A stretch of DNA of 63,148 nucleotides, the filler included, from Welwitschia mirabilis (Eukaryota), in the NCBI GenBank assembly GCA_051453625.1. It is 6 parts of one record of this genome, joined end to end, with 100 filler letters (N's around TTAATTAATTAA, not from the genome) between each part and the next. Parts side by side here need not be neighbours in the genome. Positions count along the whole stretch, not along the records: positions 59,407 to 63,148 come from JBOZIK010000001.1; 5 more parts are not named here. One strand, 5' to 3'. A model generated the notes under the pieces. The model did no database searches. It worked only from the letters and a program-made list of their open reading frames with translations, and was not told the origin of the DNA. Below, in pieces: positions 59,407 through 63,148 of the stretch. Made by a program: the position numbers and the translations under genes. Each line of letters starts with the position of its first letter. The stretch's first letter is position 1.

Positions 59407-62400
59407 TCGAAGGTAGACCTCATCGTAGTTCCTACAGAAAAGGACTCCATTCTTGATCATGAACCTAATCACTCTTGGTTTGGATACCTTTCTGAATGAT
59501 ATGGAGGTGTCCTCTAGCAAGGGTCCTCTAGAGAGGTAAAGATAGATGGGTTTATAGGAGGGTCAACTCAGAATTTGGTAGACACAGTAGGAAAGGAAAA
59601 AGTCTCGTCAAGTGGAGCCTCTTCTTTAGGTTGAGTTATCAGGAGGTCTCTTACTAAACCCATTCCTCTGACCAACTTGGCAAGAGAGAACTAGATCTTG
59701 TATTCTTGCAACTTGGAGATCCATTTCGCTCTCCTCCGGTTGGCATCTCTTTCATTAAATAGGGATTTCACACCTGCCTCTGTGACTATACCCTAGACCT
59801 TGGCCTGCAAGATGTAATGGCGGAATCACTTTAAGGCTTTGATAAGAACAAAGACTTGCTTCTTTAGATAATGATAAGAGAGCTACCGCATCCTTGAATC
59901 ATTCACTCATAAAGGAGACAGGGCATTCACCATGTCCACCCTCCAAGCCTTCTATCTTCTATATGAGAATGGCCGCCGCTATGGTAGTAGATGCACATGC
60001 ATAAATGAAAAACCCCTTGGAGAATTCTGGACCAACTAACCGTGGTGACACAGCTATAGCCTTCTTGATCAACTTGAACGCTTTCATTCCTTCCGGTGAT
60101 GAGATGAATGGGACATTCTTCTTTAATAGTGGCATAGTAAGAGCCACTATCTCAGCAAATCCTAGGATGAATCTTCTCATAAAGTTGATCTTCCCTAAGA
60201 AAGACCATAACTCCTTAAGGGATCTGGGAAGAGGTATCTTCTGTATAAGCTAGGTTCTCTCTGAATCTACTCCAATTCCTTGATCTAAGACGAGATAGTC
60301 AAGGATCTTACCAAAGGAGACCACAATGATGTTTTTCTTGGGATTGAGGGAGACTTCATATTCTCTAAAACACATAAACATCTTCCTTAGGNNNNNNNNN
60401 NNNNNNNNNNNNNNNNNNNNNNNNNNNNNNNNNNNNNNNNNNNNNNNNNNNNNNNNNNNNNNNNNNNNNNNNNNNNNNNNNNNNNNNNNNNNNNNNNNNN
60501 NNNNNNNNNNNNNNNNNNNNNNNNNNNNNNNNNNNNNNNNNNNNNNNNNNNNNNNNNNNNNNNNNNNNNNNNNNNNNNNNNNNNNNNNNNNNNNNNNNNN
60601 NNNNNNNNNNNNNNNNNNNNNNNNNNNNNNNNNNNNNNNNNNNNNNNNNNNNNNNNNNNNNNNNNNNNNNNNNNNNNNNNNNNNNNNNNNNNNNNNNNNN
60701 NNNNNNNNNNNNNNNNNNNNNNNNNNNNNNNNNNNNNNNNNNNNNNNNNNNNNNNNNNNNNNNNNNNNNNNNNNNNNNNNNNNNNNNNNNNNNNNNNNNN
60801 NNNNNNNNNNNNNNNNNNNNNNNNNNNNNNNNNNNNNNNNNNNNNNNNNNNNNNNNNNNNNNNNNNNNNNNNNNNNNNNNNNNNNNNNNNNNNNNNNNNN
60901 NNNNNNNNNNNNNNNNNNNNNNNNNNNNNNNNNNNNNNNNNNNNNNNNNNNNNNNNNNNNNNNNNNNNNNNNNNNNNNNNNNNNNNNNNNNNNNNNNNNN
61001 NNNNNNNNNNNNNNNNNNNNNNNNNNNNNNNNNNNNNNNNNNNNNNNNNNNNNNNNNNNNNNNNNNNNNNNNNNNNNNNNNNNNNNNNNNNNNNNNNNNN
61101 NNNNNNNNNNNNNNNNNNNNNNNNNNNNNNNNNNNNNNNNNNNNNNNNNNNNNNNNNNNNNNNNNNNNNNNNNNNNNNNNNNNNNNNNNNNNTAAAACAC
61201 ATAAACATCTTCCTCAGGTCAAAGCCCTGGCCTACTCGCTTATCAGAATAGATAGTGACGTCATCTAGATAAACTAACACGCACTTCTCAATCAGTCTTA
61301 CTAGTGTGTGTTCCATAGCTTTTTGGAACGTGGCCCTAACAGTGATTAGTCCGAACAGCATCCTTTTATAGGCATATGTCCCTCTCTTAGTAATGAATGA
61401 TGTCTTGATCCGGTCAAGAGTAGCTACTTGGATTTGATTGTATCCAAAGAAGCCATCCAAGAATGAAAACATTTTTACTCCAGATACCTTCTCCAAAATC
61501 TTATCAATGGTAGGAATAGGATAGTTGTCCTTTACTAATGCCCTGTTCAAATTCCTGAAGTCCACACACAAGCAGATCTCCCCACTCTTCACGGACTGGG
61601 ACTAAATTGGCCACTCAGGTCATACGCCTAATTAGGTATATAATGTCTAACCGTAGCAGTTTGTCGACCTCATTCTTGATCTAAAGTTCTAAGACTGGGT
61701 TAACTCTCCTTTGTCTTTGTTGGAAGGGCTTGACGTTCTCCTTGAGTGGAATAATGTGAGTGAGAATCTCTAGATTGAATCCCTTTAGGTCTTCATAGGA
61801 TGAGGCGAAAACGTCCTTGAACTCATAACAGATGGAAAGGGTCATCTATTTTTCTTGGGTAGAATAGACTCTCCCTATTTTGATCATCTAGAGCCTCTAA
61901 GAGGAACCAACGTTTACCTCTTCACCTCTCCATTTGTGCATTTCCTAGGGATAGGTAAGTCTAGTTCTAAATCAAAGAACTTTTCCAGCTAGCTAAATCC
62001 AACTTGAGTCCTATTGGTGCATAGTTGTAAAATACCATCTTTCGTGAAATGGCCATCTTTCTCAGCATCTTCTTCCTTATCTACACTCTAGTTCTGAAAC
62101 CATTCTCAATTCTGCAGGAACCTTAAGCTATGGTCATCTCCTTCAAAGACTTGAAAGTCCTTAATGTTATCAGAAACTGATCTCTCAGAAAGAAGGGCAA
62201 TCTGGATTCCTTGAACTGCTGGATCATTCACTAGGCTTCCTATGGCAGTGGAAGTGACGACTTTGTCTATTAGTGAGTTTTGTCCCCTAGGGATGTAGGA
62301 AAGAGACCATTCTTCAAATTACCCTAGAAGATCTAGGATTCGGCTTTGTAGGCTTTTAACATGGGATTGTAAGTCTAATACTCCTCTTTGATTTGCTTAA

Positions 62401-62479
62401 TAATCACTTCCCAACCTCCAAAAACGTGAATCTTCTTAACCCTCTTTGAGAGTGCTACCTTGAGAGTCTGTATGAGGGC
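59407..62479 (-). pseudogene. pol: Tat pol with aRH upstream of RT (aRH-RT-RH-INT; TatI/TatII architecture)
   Basis: aRH at ~62250-62479 (ALIQTLKVAL...IHVFGGWEVIIKQ...YIPRGQNSLIDKV) and linker SVSDNIKDFQVFEGD. RT: CVDFRNLN...FLDGFFGYNQI...VYLDDV. RH ends KWISKLQEY...LVRGMGL and runs directly into the INT N-terminus (IRFMIKNGVLFCRNYD). Confidence 0.88.
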
Positions 62480-63148
62480 TGCTGAGTAAAGATCCATTTC
62501 AATGATGAGCAATAGAACCCACCCCAGAACTCAGTCTCAGGTCAAGAATGTTGACAGGCGGATCGAAATATTTCAAGCCAAGCTTCAACTATGAAGGATC
62601 ATCCGTCCTTTGTCCGGGACGTTCGAACCTGTATACAGCCAAATGTACTAGGGCGTCGGCCCTCTAACCTAGGACGTCTAGACCTGTACGTAGTTTCTTG
62701 TATTGGGACGTCTGACCCGTTAACCAGGACGTCCGGACCTGTAAACTGACTTTCTGTATGGGGACGTCTGAGCACCTTATCCGAGACGTCCGACCCTTGT
62801 CTCAGTTTCCTGTCAAAGAAGATCATTAAAAGTGGGACGTCCGATATTTTATCTTGGGATGTCCGGTCAACTATCCCTTCCCACGCGGAAATCATTTCAA
62901 ATGAACATTGTGCACTCAACTGAAAGCACAAATAGCTAAAAGATGGAAGGCAATGGCACTCTAATCAAGACAAGGCACCCTTAGGAGAAAACCTATATAT
63001 GTTGAAGTTCAAGATAGTTGTATGGTTATCGAACTAGGAAATCATTCTCTTTGTATATCTGAATCAGAATTCCTGTGTAAATTGGATATGATCTAAACTC
63101 TTGCATTCTATTTGCTCCGATTGTAATTCATGCTGATGAATTAGAGCT
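62480..63148 (+). mobile_element. Younger LTR (probably Copia/SIRE-like) inserted in the aRH domain; runs off the window
   Basis: Coding similarity stops at a TG at 62480. It has a cluster of GGGACGTCCGACC-like motifs at 62615-62870 and a TATA-like CCTATATAT at ~62992. Confidence 0.7.

Noticed and set aside
62599..62931. 110-aa minus-strand ORF
   Set aside because: It lies over the GC-rich repeat array of an LTR and has no domain similarity.

Overview
This is AT-rich plant nuclear DNA from a gapped draft assembly and is almost entirely decayed, nested LTR retrotransposons. I found no intact host gene, RNA gene or CRISPR array. Five artificial 100-bp linkers (N44-TTAATTAATTAA-N44) join six scaffolds, so adjacency across them is unproven. 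(1) 1-5424: a Tat/Ogre-type element with a tRNA-Asn PBS that keeps only gag and protease. (2) 5525-10716: Athila pol, 3' region, PPT and LTR. (3) 10817-28991: Athila gag/LTR, two old Copia pol relics, a solo LTR and a pol-deleted SIRE-like element with an env-like ORF. (4) 29092-52103: a stack of Athila-family elements, including two nested non-autonomous copies with a long gag-derived ORF of unknown function, plus a probable DNA-transposon end. (5) 52204-59306: Tat pol with order RT-RH-aRH-INT. (6) 59407-63148: Tat pol with order aRH-RT-RH-INT (TatI/II-type, suggesting a gymnosperm), interrupted by a younger LTR. The best novelty candidate is the non-autonomous Athila-related family, whose ORF starts like Gag and ends in a duplicated KPY...KRLFF...ISY module. 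All alignments were made by eye and all family names come from motif recognition, not database searches.
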